IMG/VR virus record: IMGVR_UViG_3300042377_000359
Coordinates: 5,503 to 69,502 of that record
From: a virus
Length of the DNA: 64,000 nt
Strand: one strand, 5' to 3'
Part shown: piece by piece, positions 44,707 to 55,663 of the stretch
Layout of the letters: every line of letters starts with the position of its first letter
Position numbering within the stretch: the stretch's first letter is position 1
Translations under genes and position numbers: made by a program
The notes under the pieces: model-generated
What the model saw: the letters and a program-made list of their open reading frames with translations, nothing else
What the model was told of the DNA's origin: nothing
Database searches by the model: none

Positions 44707-45555
44707 ATGGAAACAGAATTAATCAAAAAAAAAGGGTTTCAAAAAAAAGAACCTGTAAAAGATGAAGTAGTTGTAGAAACTATTCAAGAGCAAGAATTTG
44801 GGGTACAAATTGACCCTGATAAAACTTACAAATTTCAATTGATAGGTGATATCTCAAAAGGAACTTATGTTGGTATAAACAACATTTGTGAAGTTTTTGA
44901 CCCATCTATTGGTAGAAGAAGAAAGATGCGCTATGTCCCACATTACGATAGTATTTGGATTGACGAGCAACCTGAAGAGCATATTGATTTAACTAACTAT
45001 CCTATCAATTTTTTTATGAGCGAGATGGTAGTTAGTGGTAAAGATAAAAACTTGATTTTATACCTTTTAAACCACGATAGGATTGAAGGTAAACAAAATC
45101 AAATTTCTAGTAAAGGTCCATTATTCAGATTACAGGATAATGAATTGATTGCTAAAAAAGCATTAGCTAAAACACAATTAGAAAGAGATGCTGTAAATAA
45201 AGCATTATCTTTAAGTGGTAGTGAGTTAGGTATGGTTACATTTGTATTGTTTGGTAAGGCATTTGAGTCTGAAACAGAAGCATTACAAGCAGTAGCTAAT
45301 TACGCTAAAAATAATCCTAAAGGATTAATTGACATTTGCGATGATCCGCGTACTCGACGTAAATATTTAATTAAGCAAGGTCTTGATAAAAATATTATTA
45401 AGAGCAAATTTAGTATGTTGAAATGGGGAGCTTCTGAGACAGATATTGTTCAGTTGCCACCAGATAAAGACATGTTATCTTTTGTTACAGATTGGTCATT
45501 ATCAGATGATGGAAAAGACTTCATTGAAGTTTTGAAACGTCAGATGAATAAATAA
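44707..45555 (+). CDS. Conserved structural-region hypothetical protein
   Basis: 282 aa after MCP; RKMRYV....SIWIDEQ motif. Confidence 0.65.
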   Translation: METELIKKKGFQKKEPVKDEVVVETIQEQEFGVQIDPDKTYKFQLIGDISKGTYVGINNICEVFDPSIGRRRKMRYVPHYDSIWIDEQPEEHIDLTNYPINFFMSEMVVSGKDKNLILYLLNHDRIEGKQNQISSKGPLFRLQDNELIAKKALAKTQLERDAVNKALSLSGSELGMVTFVLFGKAFESETEALQAVANYAKNNPKGLIDICDDPRTRRKYLIKQGLDKNIIKSKFSMLKWGASETDIVQLPPDKDMLSFVTDWSLSDDGKDFIEVLKRQMNK

Positions 45556-45583
45556 GATAGTTTTTTGTTTTAGTTTTGGTTTG

Positions 45584-45619
45584 AGCACACTTGGATTTTT
45601 CTAAGTGTGCTTTTTTTTT
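45584..45619 (+). terminator. Intrinsic terminator
   Basis: AGCACACTTGGA-TTTT-TCTAAGTGTGC followed by T9. Confidence 0.85.
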
Positions 45620-45635
45620 CATATATTTGCTTACA

Positions 45636-46304
45636 ATGACACAGTCTATTAATGATACCTATCTATTTGTACAGGAGCTTATTAATAAGCAACAAAATGG
45701 ATATTTGCCGCCTGATGAATTTAATCGTTTGATTAACCAGGCTCAGTATGCTCGTTTTAATGAGTTGTATGGTAAACCTGAGCAATATGCTGCGGTGAAT
45801 ATGCCGGTAGCTAAGATGGCTTATGCAAGGACTCAAGAGATTTCTGAGAAGCTTTCTCCATTTGTTACTGAGGTATCATTGCCGGTAACAGTAGGAGTGG
45901 CTACTGTACCTGTTAATTTAGTGCATGCTGTATCTATGAGATATGGAACTAGGGTAGTAAAGAGAGTTGAATACGATAGATTATCTTCATTCTTAAACTC
46001 GGTTATTGATACTCCAAATGCTGATTTCCCTATCTATGTACAATTAGATGGTCAATATAAAATATACCCTACAACAGTTACTCCTGTTACATTAGATTAC
46101 TTAAGAGTACCTAATGAAGCAGTTTGGGGTTATACTGTAGTTAGTGGAAGACCTGTTTACAATTCAGGAACATCGACGGACTTAGAATGGGATGAAACAG
46201 AAATTACCAATATTTGTATGAAGTTATTAAGTATGTTTGGTATATCTGTTAAAGACCAACAAATGGTTAATTACGCTGAACAACAAAAAGCACAAGGTAA
46301 CTAA
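45636..46304 (+). CDS. Head-tail adaptor / tail ring protein
   Basis: True start MTQSIND (the track's TTG start lies inside the terminator); NKQQNGYLPPDEFN and YLR.P....WGY motifs. Confidence 0.7.
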   Translation: MTQSINDTYLFVQELINKQQNGYLPPDEFNRLINQAQYARFNELYGKPEQYAAVNMPVAKMAYARTQEISEKLSPFVTEVSLPVTVGVATVPVNLVHAVSMRYGTRVVKRVEYDRLSSFLNSVIDTPNADFPIYVQLDGQYKIYPTTVTPVTLDYLRVPNEAVWGYTVVSGRPVYNSGTSTDLEWDETEITNICMKLLSMFGISVKDQQMVNYAEQQKAQGN

Positions 46305-46306
46305 AA

Positions 46307-46945
46307 ATGACAAAAAGAGAATTAGCTGAATCGATTATAGTTGACGTATATGGCGGACAGCCAGCGGAGTCTTCAGATATAACCCCTAGACAAGTAGGTC
46401 TTTTGATTAATAATGCTTTGGCCGAAATGGCTAAAAAGTCTTTTTATGAAAATTCAAACTTAGAAGGTGTAGCATATGCGAATGATGAATTTATTTGTAC
46501 ATTTAGTAACATTGCTTTAAATAACTCAAACGGTCAAGATACTTCAGGTTATAAGTGGTTTGATATGCCAACGGCTCCGGTAGGATTACCAAAGTCAAGA
46601 GGTATTGTTTTTGTTGGTGCTAATAGAGGTGCTGAGAATCCATTTAGAAAAATACCTGCAAGTATGATTTCTGTATATTTAACTACAGTTATCCCTAATA
46701 CAGTTTACTATTGGGTTGAAGGTTCTAGAGGGTATGTTTGTGCTTCTGATAGAAACCAAGCATTACCATCAACATTAAGAGTAAAAACAATAGGAAGCGA
46801 TGCTAATAACCTTGATGCGGAATTAAGCGCATCTTTAGACGCTATCTCAGAAATTCATAAAATGGTTGTTGCTCAATTAAGAATGCAACAACAATCGGGT
46901 AAAGATACAACAAACGATAATTTGGACATTAACGACGTTAGATAA
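46307..46945 (+). CDS. Tail ring / structural protein
   Basis: Position between adaptor and nozzle. Confidence 0.6.
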   Translation: MTKRELAESIIVDVYGGQPAESSDITPRQVGLLINNALAEMAKKSFYENSNLEGVAYANDEFICTFSNIALNNSNGQDTSGYKWFDMPTAPVGLPKSRGIVFVGANRGAENPFRKIPASMISVYLTTVIPNTVYYWVEGSRGYVCASDRNQALPSTLRVKTIGSDANNLDAELSASLDAISEIHKMVVAQLRMQQQSGKDTTNDNLDINDVR

Positions 46946-46947
46946 TT

Positions 46948-47706
46948 ATGCAATCATTATACATTCCTCTTTCAGATGTAGTAAACAGCTATCTTAACGA
47001 AGCTGAGTTATCTCCTGATGACAACTTTGTTAGATTCTATAAGGTAGCCTTAGAGGGATTTAAAAACGAATTAATGTCAGATTTTGCTGCTCCTGTAAAG
47101 ACAGTTAATTTAACTGTGCTTGCTAATAAAACAGCATTGCTTCCATTGGATTATATTAACTATTCAAGAATAGGCGTTGTAAATGAAAATGGCGAAATTG
47201 CTACATTATCTGAAAATGAAATATTAACATTTAATAGATCTATTAATGCAGATAGATTAGACCAACCTGAAGATTACCAAACAATTTTAAATGGAACTCA
47301 ATATCTATATTGGGCTACTGCATCCCCTGTTGGAGTTCAGTATCAATCTTTATTTGGTATTGGGTCTCAAACAAATATTGGAGAATTTAGAATAGATAAA
47401 TATGGTGGGCAGATTATATTTGATTTTAATTTTAACTATGATAGGGTTGTGCTTGAATATCTTGCGGTTGCTGGAATGGATGAAAACAACTATTATTGCG
47501 ATGAGCAATTACAGGCCGCAATCAAAGCATACATCTACTGGGCTACTATGCGAACTAAGAAAAATTATTCTTTAGCTGACAAAGCAGAAGCTAAACGTAA
47601 TTTCTATCGCGAGCGTAAGAATGCCGTTATGCGTATGAACCCAATTGACTTAACTCAAACTAATGAGAAGATTTTAAGAGGCACATATTTAGCAGCTAAA
47701 CAATAA
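46948..47706 (+). CDS. Tail ring / tubular structural protein
   Basis: LPLDYINY.RI, VVLEY and AAIKAYIYW motifs; position. Confidence 0.65.
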   Translation: MQSLYIPLSDVVNSYLNEAELSPDDNFVRFYKVALEGFKNELMSDFAAPVKTVNLTVLANKTALLPLDYINYSRIGVVNENGEIATLSENEILTFNRSINADRLDQPEDYQTILNGTQYLYWATASPVGVQYQSLFGIGSQTNIGEFRIDKYGGQIIFDFNFNYDRVVLEYLAVAGMDENNYYCDEQLQAAIKAYIYWATMRTKKNYSLADKAEAKRNFYRERKNAVMRMNPIDLTQTNEKILRGTYLAAKQ

Positions 47707-50700
47707 TGATTGATAAGAAGATATTTGCCGGTGGCAAAATGAATAAGGACGATGATCAGCATTTGTTGCCTAAAAATGATTGGGTAGATGCTAGAAACGT
47801 TCGTATTAACTCAACTGCTGATGGTTATTTAGGTTCATTCTCTAATATGAAGGGAATGGATTTATTGTACACACTTCCAGTTTCTATTGAGCCTAGCACG
47901 GTTATTGGTGCTAAGGGATTTGATAATACTAATAAAATTTATTTCTTTGTTGCTGACCCTAATGGGAATAATAAAGTAATTGAATATAATGGTGCTACAA
48001 ATACCACAACTATTATTATAGAAGACTTAACAGATACAGGAGGAATTCCTGTATTAAATTTTAGTACATCTTATAGAATTAACCACATTGATTTATTAGA
48101 CGGAAAATATTTATTATGGACCGATGGATTTAACCCACCTAGATATTATGATTTAAACAAAGATTATGGAGTGATAACTGAGCGTGATATATCAATGATT
48201 AAATACGCTCCTAATACACCTCCCGCAAATCTTGCTGTTATTGATAACCCTTCTATTTTAGCTAATAAAATTAAAGATACAAATTATCAGTTTGCATATA
48301 GATGGATTTATTGGGATAATAGTAAATCTACATTTTCCCCAATAAGTGATATTTCAAACCAAAACGGAAGAGCCAGCGGGGCTTTATCTAAAGGACTTCC
48401 TGAATGGTATTCTTCAAGTTTAACTTTTAATTATGAAGGTGGGGGAGATTTAGTAAAAGGCGTTGATATTATGTCTAGGATTGGGAATACTGGCGATTGG
48501 GCTATTATTAATTCTCTTGATTACGAAAAAGGAGATTTTAGGAATTCTTATGCACTTAATTTAGTTTTAGCCCCAACATCTACTAACTATTTAATTAGTG
48601 TTACTTATTTAGGAGTTACATACAATTTTGGGGGCACATATACTAGTTCAACAACAACAAATATTTATGGTAATTTAAAAACAAATTTTGATGCGCTAGG
48701 TTTAACAGGATTAATATGTACTGTTTATCAATCTGGAACAAATTATTTAAGTCAAGATCAATATTTAGTAATTACTTCAACTGCAAATGGAACTATTTTT
48801 ACTATACAAACAACTACCCCGCAAACAGTAAATGCTGTTCAAACAAGTTATTTACAATCAAATGCACAAACAAACACTTATGTGTTTACTGATTTTCAGC
48901 CTGTAAATATTATAGACCAATCCGAGGCAAGTAGACCATTTGATTATGTCCCATTAAAAGCAGAAGCACAAGCTTTAGCTAATGGTAATCATGTTGTTTA
49001 TGGTAATTATACTGAAGGGTACGATAATGTTGTAATTGATGCTTCTGCTAGGAAAGCTTTAATGTCATTAAATGCTGCTTCTGTAAATTTGACTGTTACT
49101 CAAGAGAATTATACCTTTTCCGCAGAGCAATGGATTAAATTTACTTTTACTGGCACTCCTGTTCCCGGAGATGTATTTGTTATTACTAAATACAACCCAG
49201 TAGATAGTCAATACACATATTCTGTACCATATGAAAGCGGAGAAACTGAAACTGATTTTATTTATAGAATAGCATTTTTATTGGGAACTTATTTTGAAGG
49301 AATATCAAATGTTTACAGTGGTCCGATTATTGGGAATAGTTTTCTTATAAAAAAGAATGGAATTGATATAAAATATTTAATTGGAGTATTAAGTTCAAAT
49401 ACAATTCAAGGGTTAAAAACATCAGATGAATATCAGTATGGATTAGTTTATATTGATGCTGCAGGAAGATACGGAGCTGTTAACACATCTCAATCATTAG
49501 TTGTTAATTCAAACCCTTTAGATAAATTTAATGGCGGATTGTGGACCTATGTAACGGGGCAAATAACTGTTAAATCAAGACCTCCTGTTTGGGCTGATAA
49601 ATATGCTTTTGTAAGAACTAAAAGAAAAAAAATAGATTTCTTTTTAGATGTTTTTGCAAATACTATTATTAAAACTGGTTCAATTGCTGCTGTTGATATT
49701 CAAACAGCATTATTAGAAACTAACGAAAGGTATGGAACTAACTTGTCTTATTCTTGGGTTAAAGGGGATAGGATTAGGTTTATAAATAAAAGCGCGGTTA
49801 ATACAAACGAATTTATCAGTCTTGATACAGAAATTACTTCTGTAAATGATGAGGGTAATTTAATCATTGCTGCTAATACTGCGCCTACGGATATGAGTGC
49901 ATCCGGATATTATTATAGTTTCTTTTGTGAAATATATAGACCCTCTGCAGTAATTAATGATAATTTGTTTTGGGAAATTGCCGAATTTGGAGATGTTGGA
50001 AATAAAAGTCTTTCTAATCGTTATCATAAAAAAATATATAGTTCTCTTGGTAATCAAGACCAAAGTGCATCTTCCCCCTCAACTACCCCCTTAATACATA
50101 CATCGCAAACAGGAGATGTTTGGTATAAAAATAGATTTTTACCAGTATCAAATTCTGTTGAACCAATTATTGGGCAAGCTTATTACGAAGCTTGGTGTGA
50201 GTCACCGTCCTTCTCAGATTTTAATTGTGACACTTTTACTACAGATGCAGGAAGAGCTAATCAACAAAATGCTTTTGAAAAGCAAGTTACATACAATTCT
50301 ACAGTTAGATTTGGTAATGGATATGTACCAGGAACTCAAATAAACAATATTAACTCATTCTCAAATGAATCTTACCAAGATTATAGTAATCTTTATGGAT
50401 CAATTCAAAAGTTAGATATTGATGGAAGTGTGATGATTGTTGGCCAAAAACTAAGACTTGGAAGGGTTCGTGTATTTGAAAAATTAATTATTGACAAAGT
50501 TGATGATACTTTAGTTTCAAATTCTGAAAATCTTCTAAACGGAATTGTTTATTATGATTTTGAAGCCGGCATTGGGGATTCACCTGAAGCATATGTTCGC
50601 GCTGGAAGTAAGGTTTATGGAGTAGATAAAAATAGAGGTATTGTTTGGAGATTAGCTCAAAATGGTATAACACCTATTTCTATTACTGCTAAAATGAATA

Positions 50701-51314
50701 CTTATTTTAGAGCTTATTTAAGAACTGCAACAGTTGTGCGTGGAGGTTTTGACCCTAAGAATCAGGAATATGTAATTTATTCTTTGGCAGGGGGTGGCTT
50801 ATCTGGTACAGTAATATTCTCTGAAAATTCAGATGGATTTACTTCTTTCTTAGATATTGTTCCTAATTACTTTGCAACACTCAAGAATGACTTATACTCA
50901 TTTGGGGGCGATAAATTTTATAGGCATAATGCAACTAATGCTTATGGTAATTTTTATGGAACAAATTACGACGCTACAGTTACTATTGTTTCAAACGAGT
51001 CTCCTGTAATAAAGAAATCATTTATAGCTATAAACGAAGTCACTAATGACACTTGGGACGCTACAGAGATAAACACTTCACTTAGTCAAACATCGTCACT
51101 CTTAGAGTCTGATTTTGCTGTTTTGGAAGGGGAATCACACGCGGCATTCTTGAGAGATTCAAGAACTACTCCGGGAGTTACTTATCCATTAATTAATGGA
51201 GATCAGCTAAAGGGCAAATGGATTAAAGTCAAATTAAGAAATAATAGTACAAATTTCGTATATTTGTTATCGGTTGGAATAAAGTACGTTCAGTCACCTC
51301 AAACAGGATTATAA
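47706..51314 (+). CDS. Tail stabilisation / nozzle protein
   Basis: 1202 aa; GKMNKDDD..LLP...W.DA.NVR start, YQFAYRW and YGVDKNRG..WRL..NG.TPIS motifs. Confidence 0.8.
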   Translation: MIDKKIFAGGKMNKDDDQHLLPKNDWVDARNVRINSTADGYLGSFSNMKGMDLLYTLPVSIEPSTVIGAKGFDNTNKIYFFVADPNGNNKVIEYNGATNTTTIIIEDLTDTGGIPVLNFSTSYRINHIDLLDGKYLLWTDGFNPPRYYDLNKDYGVITERDISMIKYAPNTPPANLAVIDNPSILANKIKDTNYQFAYRWIYWDNSKSTFSPISDISNQNGRASGALSKGLPEWYSSSLTFNYEGGGDLVKGVDIMSRIGNTGDWAIINSLDYEKGDFRNSYALNLVLAPTSTNYLISVTYLGVTYNFGGTYTSSTTTNIYGNLKTNFDALGLTGLICTVYQSGTNYLSQDQYLVITSTANGTIFTIQTTTPQTVNAVQTSYLQSNAQTNTYVFTDFQPVNIIDQSEASRPFDYVPLKAEAQALANGNHVVYGNYTEGYDNVVIDASARKALMSLNAASVNLTVTQENYTFSAEQWIKFTFTGTPVPGDVFVITKYNPVDSQYTYSVPYESGETETDFIYRIAFLLGTYFEGISNVYSGPIIGNSFLIKKNGIDIKYLIGVLSSNTIQGLKTSDEYQYGLVYIDAAGRYGAVNTSQSLVVNSNPLDKFNGGLWTYVTGQITVKSRPPVWADKYAFVRTKRKKIDFFLDVFANTIIKTGSIAAVDIQTALLETNERYGTNLSYSWVKGDRIRFINKSAVNTNEFISLDTEITSVNDEGNLIIAANTAPTDMSASGYYYSFFCEIYRPSAVINDNLFWEIAEFGDVGNKSLSNRYHKKIYSSLGNQDQSASSPSTTPLIHTSQTGDVWYKNRFLPVSNSVEPIIGQAYYEAWCESPSFSDFNCDTFTTDAGRANQQNAFEKQVTYNSTVRFGNGYVPGTQINNINSFSNESYQDYSNLYGSIQKLDIDGSVMIVGQKLRLGRVRVFEKLIIDKVDDTLVSNSENLLNGIVYYDFEAGIGDSPEAYVRAGSKVYGVDKNRGIVWRLAQNGITPISITAKMNTYFRAYLRTATVVRGGFDPKNQEYVIYSLAGGGLSGTVIFSENSDGFTSFLDIVPNYFATLKNDLYSFGGDKFYRHNATNAYGNFYGTNYDATVTIVSNESPVIKKSFIAINEVTNDTWDATEINTSLSQTSSLLESDFAVLEGESHAAFLRDSRTTPGVTYPLINGDQLKGKWIKVKLRNNSTNFVYLLSVGIKYVQSPQTGL

Positions 51315-51315
51315 T

Positions 51316-51948
51316 ATGTTAGGAGTTTTAATAGGAGCAGCAGTAGCAAAGGCTGCATTAGGCGGATACCAATACTATCAAGGCCGTAAAATGGAAAAAG
51401 GTAATAAGCTTGAGAACCAACAAGTAGGTTCTGAGTATACCAAAAATTTAGCTGCTTCTCAAAGAATGGCTGCTGAAGGTATGCCAGAACAAGCTTATCA
51501 AAATCAAGCTAACCAAATTAACCAAAATATGGCATTTGGAGCTAGACAACTTCAGACAGGTAGAAATACTGCTGGTGCTTTAGCAGGAGTTGTTGGTGCT
51601 GGAAATAAAGGATATAATCAATTAAACGCGCAAGACGCTGTAGCCCGTCAACAAAATCAATTAAGAGTATTAAATGCAAGAGAAATTATTGCTCGTGCTA
51701 AACAAAGAAGTTACGACCAAACAGCTTCGGCTGCTGCTGCAATGAAGGGTGCAGGTATTCAGAATATAGGTGGCGCTGCAGATATGGGTGGTTATTACGC
51801 TGCAACATTAGGAGGTGCAGGTAAAACAACTGGATCATCTAATTTAAATACAGGTTCTAGTTTTGCTTCTAATCCTAGTAATTCTGATTGGTCAAAAGCT
51901 ACAATGAAAAGGTTGACTTCAAATAGCAATTACAAATTTAGAGATTAA
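51316..51948 (+). CDS. Internal virion / ejection protein
   Basis: Gly/Ala/Gln-rich with a hydrophobic N-terminus. Confidence 0.65.
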   Translation: MLGVLIGAAVAKAALGGYQYYQGRKMEKGNKLENQQVGSEYTKNLAASQRMAAEGMPEQAYQNQANQINQNMAFGARQLQTGRNTAGALAGVVGAGNKGYNQLNAQDAVARQQNQLRVLNAREIIARAKQRSYDQTASAAAAMKGAGIQNIGGAADMGGYYAATLGGAGKTTGSSNLNTGSSFASNPSNSDWSKATMKRLTSNSNYKFRD

Positions 51949-53378
51949 TGGAGAATATAGGATTAAGTACAGCACCTAGTGGTATTGGTTCAGGCGAAGC
52001 TCAAGTTATAAGTTTTGATAAAACTTTAGCTGGTCTAGCTGCTAAGCAAAAAGCGGAAGCTAAAGCTAAGGCTGATGCAGATAAAGACCTTAAAAATAGA
52101 TTGGATAAAATTAGCATTGATGGTATTCATACTATGGATAATGAAGCTATTTCTGCTGCATATGAAAATGTATTAAAAACTTATGACAATCTTGAAAATT
52201 CAAGAACTAGAGCAGAGAGAATAAAAGCTGCTGATGAACATAACCGTTCAAAAAAACAATTTGAAATAGATGTTAATGAATCTAAACAAAGGAATAAAGA
52301 CCTTGTAGCAATTGGTTCTTCAATGATGGCTACAGGTAATGCTGGAAGATTTTCTACACAGCAAAAAATGGAATACACAAAAGCTTTAGATTCTCCAACA
52401 AGTGGGTATAAATTATATCAAACTGATTTTATACCAAAGGCAAATGAAGAAGATATTGTTAAGACAGAAAAAGCTATTCTTGATGCTGCAACTGCAGATA
52501 TCCCAACTACATTTGCTCCTGCTGAAATAGATAAGAAAGATTATCTTGTTACTACAAATGGAAAGTATTTAAGCAAAAATATATTTACTCAGTATGTAGC
52601 AGATAAGGTAGCTAAATCTTCGGACTACTATGATTTTATGGTAGGTACTTATGGTCGAGGATGGGAAGAGTCTGGTAATAAAATTAGCGATGCTAACTTC
52701 TTAGATTATGCAATCGATAAAAGATTCCGTGACTTACAAGAGGTTACTAACGAAACAACTAAGAGTGCAAGCGGTAGTGGTATGATTTTCAATTTTGCAG
52801 GAGGGGGAGGTAAAGCAGCAATTAGCGATACCGGTATTAATCAACCTGTAGAATCTTATGTTACAGCTGAACAATTTGTTAAAGTAGGATCATCGAAACG
52901 ATATGTAAAATTTGATATTCCTGTTATTAAGAGCACCGCTATTAATATTGAATACCTTACTAATGCTCAAGACGGATTCTTTAAATTAGATGAAGGTAAT
53001 GGCATGAAAAAATCTCCAGACCCTATAAAGCTAAAAACTATCAGAATTGTTGCTGTACCTGTTGTTAAAAAAGGTAAAGATTCTTATTATTTAGCAAATA
53101 CAAGTGGATATTCAACTGATACAAAAAATGTTAAAATAGCTGGTAGTGAAAGGAAATTTAATTATACTCCAAAAGATTATGTGTATGTAAATATGCTTGA
53201 AGCTAGTGATGAAGATGGAAAGATATATCTTCAACCAATAGGGTCTTTACCTCAAGATAAGATTGCAAAAGCAGATCAACCTGCTATTAATGAATCTCAA
53301 TCATGGGGATATAGTAATTATTTAGACCCAAGTACAGTTGTTGGTAATTCATTTAGTGGCTCAACCCCTAGACCATAA
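51948..53378 (+). CDS. Internal virion / ejection protein
   Basis: 476 aa, coiled-coil N-terminus, position. Confidence 0.6.
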   Translation: MENIGLSTAPSGIGSGEAQVISFDKTLAGLAAKQKAEAKAKADADKDLKNRLDKISIDGIHTMDNEAISAAYENVLKTYDNLENSRTRAERIKAADEHNRSKKQFEIDVNESKQRNKDLVAIGSSMMATGNAGRFSTQQKMEYTKALDSPTSGYKLYQTDFIPKANEEDIVKTEKAILDAATADIPTTFAPAEIDKKDYLVTTNGKYLSKNIFTQYVADKVAKSSDYYDFMVGTYGRGWEESGNKISDANFLDYAIDKRFRDLQEVTNETTKSASGSGMIFNFAGGGGKAAISDTGINQPVESYVTAEQFVKVGSSKRYVKFDIPVIKSTAINIEYLTNAQDGFFKLDEGNGMKKSPDPIKLKTIRIVAVPVVKKGKDSYYLANTSGYSTDTKNVKIAGSERKFNYTPKDYVYVNMLEASDEDGKIYLQPIGSLPQDKIAKADQPAINESQSWGYSNYLDPSTVVGNSFSGSTPRP

Positions 53379-53383
53379 TAGTA

Positions 53384-55654
53384 ATGATAGAGGATATTAA
53401 ATATAAAGTCAGTAAGGATTTAATCAATAAAATCAGTACAGCGGTAGATGAAAATCCTAAAATAACAGATGAGGATTTATTCAAAACATTTCCTGATTTA
53501 AATAATGATGCTAAATTTTTAAAGGCTATAGGTGAATACAAAGCAACTAAAGCGAAATTTAAAGATGAAAAAATAGTTGATGCTAAATTCCCTGAGTTTG
53601 ATTTTGTAACTGTTCAAGGAGCTACAAATGAAGGCTCTTCTCCCGATACTGCTTATACCATAAGTATTCCTGAAGGAGCAACTGTTTCTGCTGAAAGAGA
53701 AGCGCCTATTACTGAAGATAATCTTGCTAGAAATAATTGGTTAACCTACATTGCTGACCAAGCTTTATCTGGAACCGTAAAAGGTATAGCAAATACAGGT
53801 GCAGCTGCTCAAGATTTTAAAGAGTTTATTGCTGGAAAAATGATGGGAACTCCTGTTATTGAGGCAGGAGGAATGATGCTTCCTATTGATGAAAAAGCCA
53901 AAACTGCAATTAAGCAGGGTGTTGCAGCTGATATAGAAAAAGCAGCAGAAACTGTAGGTGGTATTTCAACAAAAGAATATAAAGAAAAAGTAAGAAAAAA
54001 TACAGAAGAGAATTTATTTACTTGGGATGTTATTCCTGTAGGCGTAGGTATGGTAGCAGATGTGATAGCACAAAATGCTCCTACAGGTGGTGTAGGTATG
54101 TACACTACAATGTTTGAATCTGCTAAGAATGATGCTCTTGCAAAAGGATTAAATGAGAATCAAGCATTTGCTTACGGTTCTACAATAGGTTTAGCTGTTG
54201 GGGCAATTAGCCATTATGGTATAAATAAAATGTTAAAGGGCTTACCTAAATCAGCTCAAGATAAAGTAACTAGATATATAGCAGATAAGGCTTTAGATAA
54301 TATTTCTAAAGCGGGTGGTAATATTACTCCGGAAATAATACAAAAAGAAATATCTTCTGTTGCTCAGTCATATGCAGGTAAAGTTGCATCGATGGGAACA
54401 AAGGCAGCGTATAACGCAGCTACTCAAGGTACAGCAATGGTGGGTATAGAAGGGACAATGTATGGCACGGAACAAGCTACAAACAAAATATTAGATAAAG
54501 AGATTTTCAAAACGCCTGATGTTAAAATGAGGTTTGCAAAAGCTTTAGTTAATGGAGCAGTTGGAGGCGTAGCAGTTGGTGGAATTACAGGCGCATTCAC
54601 TAAAGGTGCAACTGATAATTATATTAACAAAAAGATACAGGAGACAATTAAAGATGATAATCAGTATAATGAATTTAGAACTCAGTTAGCAAATGATTTA
54701 ACTAAGAATAAATTTACCGAACCTGATGTACAATCCGTTTTAGAAGGTATTGATTTAAAAAGAGAAAAGCTTAAGAAAATACCAAATTCTATTACTCCTG
54801 CAGCTCAATTAGAAACGTCAGATATTATTGATACAAGAGATCAATTAAAGCAAGAACTTGATGCTCTTGACCCTGAAAGCGTAGACCCTGCATTTAGAAG
54901 TGACATTGAAGCAAAGAGATTAATTATTGAAGAAAAAATAAAAGCTATAGAGGATTCTGCTAAAGCTGTTAACGATGGAACTAAAATAGTTTATCGTGCT
55001 ACAGAAAAAGGATTTGAAAAAGATATTAATGGTAAGGTTGAACCTATTACAGAGGAGCAATTTGATTTTGCTAATGAATCTAAATTAAAAGGTATAAAAG
55101 TTGAAAACAAAGAGTTGTTTACCTACTATGAAAGAGATGGTAAATACTTTAAAAAGTTTGGTAAAGAAGGTAAAGAGCAGGCTATTACAAAAACTACTTA
55201 TGATTTTGAAATAGGTAGACAGAAAAGAGATAAGCCTACGGGTGATGAAACAATTAAACCATTAGAAGATGCCACTAAAATCAACGAAGAGCCAATCACC
55301 CAAGGCGGTGAACAAAGCAGTCAGCAGCAATATCCGCGAGCTGAAGAAGGACAACCTCAAGTCGGGGAGCCAGAAGGGCGCCCAGGGGAAACCCCGCAGC
55401 CAGAAGCAAATCGTGGCGATAGCAATATCGGCAGCGAAGCGAGGAAACAAGAAATAAATACTAAATTTGTAGAAGCTCAGGATTTATATACAGAAATGAT
55501 GGATACTGAAGGAGCTGCTAAAAAGAGAAGTATTAACAAACAAAGACAAAAAATGCTTGATGAAAATCCTAGTATTAAATTTGTCTTAGAGAATATGAAA
55601 GCTTTAGAGGAAGCTTTAGGAGATAGATTAAAGAAATCAGGCGATTGCCCTTAA
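53384..55654 (+). CDS. Large internal virion / ejection protein
   Basis: 756 aa with Gly/Ala-rich hydrophobic helices. Confidence 0.65.
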   Translation: MIEDIKYKVSKDLINKISTAVDENPKITDEDLFKTFPDLNNDAKFLKAIGEYKATKAKFKDEKIVDAKFPEFDFVTVQGATNEGSSPDTAYTISIPEGATVSAEREAPITEDNLARNNWLTYIADQALSGTVKGIANTGAAAQDFKEFIAGKMMGTPVIEAGGMMLPIDEKAKTAIKQGVAADIEKAAETVGGISTKEYKEKVRKNTEENLFTWDVIPVGVGMVADVIAQNAPTGGVGMYTTMFESAKNDALAKGLNENQAFAYGSTIGLAVGAISHYGINKMLKGLPKSAQDKVTRYIADKALDNISKAGGNITPEIIQKEISSVAQSYAGKVASMGTKAAYNAATQGTAMVGIEGTMYGTEQATNKILDKEIFKTPDVKMRFAKALVNGAVGGVAVGGITGAFTKGATDNYINKKIQETIKDDNQYNEFRTQLANDLTKNKFTEPDVQSVLEGIDLKREKLKKIPNSITPAAQLETSDIIDTRDQLKQELDALDPESVDPAFRSDIEAKRLIIEEKIKAIEDSAKAVNDGTKIVYRATEKGFEKDINGKVEPITEEQFDFANESKLKGIKVENKELFTYYERDGKYFKKFGKEGKEQAITKTTYDFEIGRQKRDKPTGDETIKPLEDATKINEEPITQGGEQSSQQQYPRAEEGQPQVGEPEGRPGETPQPEANRGDSNIGSEARKQEINTKFVEAQDLYTEMMDTEGAAKKRSINKQRQKMLDENPSIKFVLENMKALEEALGDRLKKSGDCP
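55269..55457 (+). CDS. Nested small basic protein in the +1 frame
   Basis: MPLKS...SSNIREL...RSQKQIVAIAISAAK matches a common small phage protein pattern (MPLKK...S.NI.E....QKQA.AIA.S). Confidence 0.7.
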   Translation: MPLKSTKSQSPKAVNKAVSSNIRELKKDNLKSGSQKGAQGKPRSQKQIVAIAISAAKRGNKK

Positions 55655-55663
55655 TAAATAATT

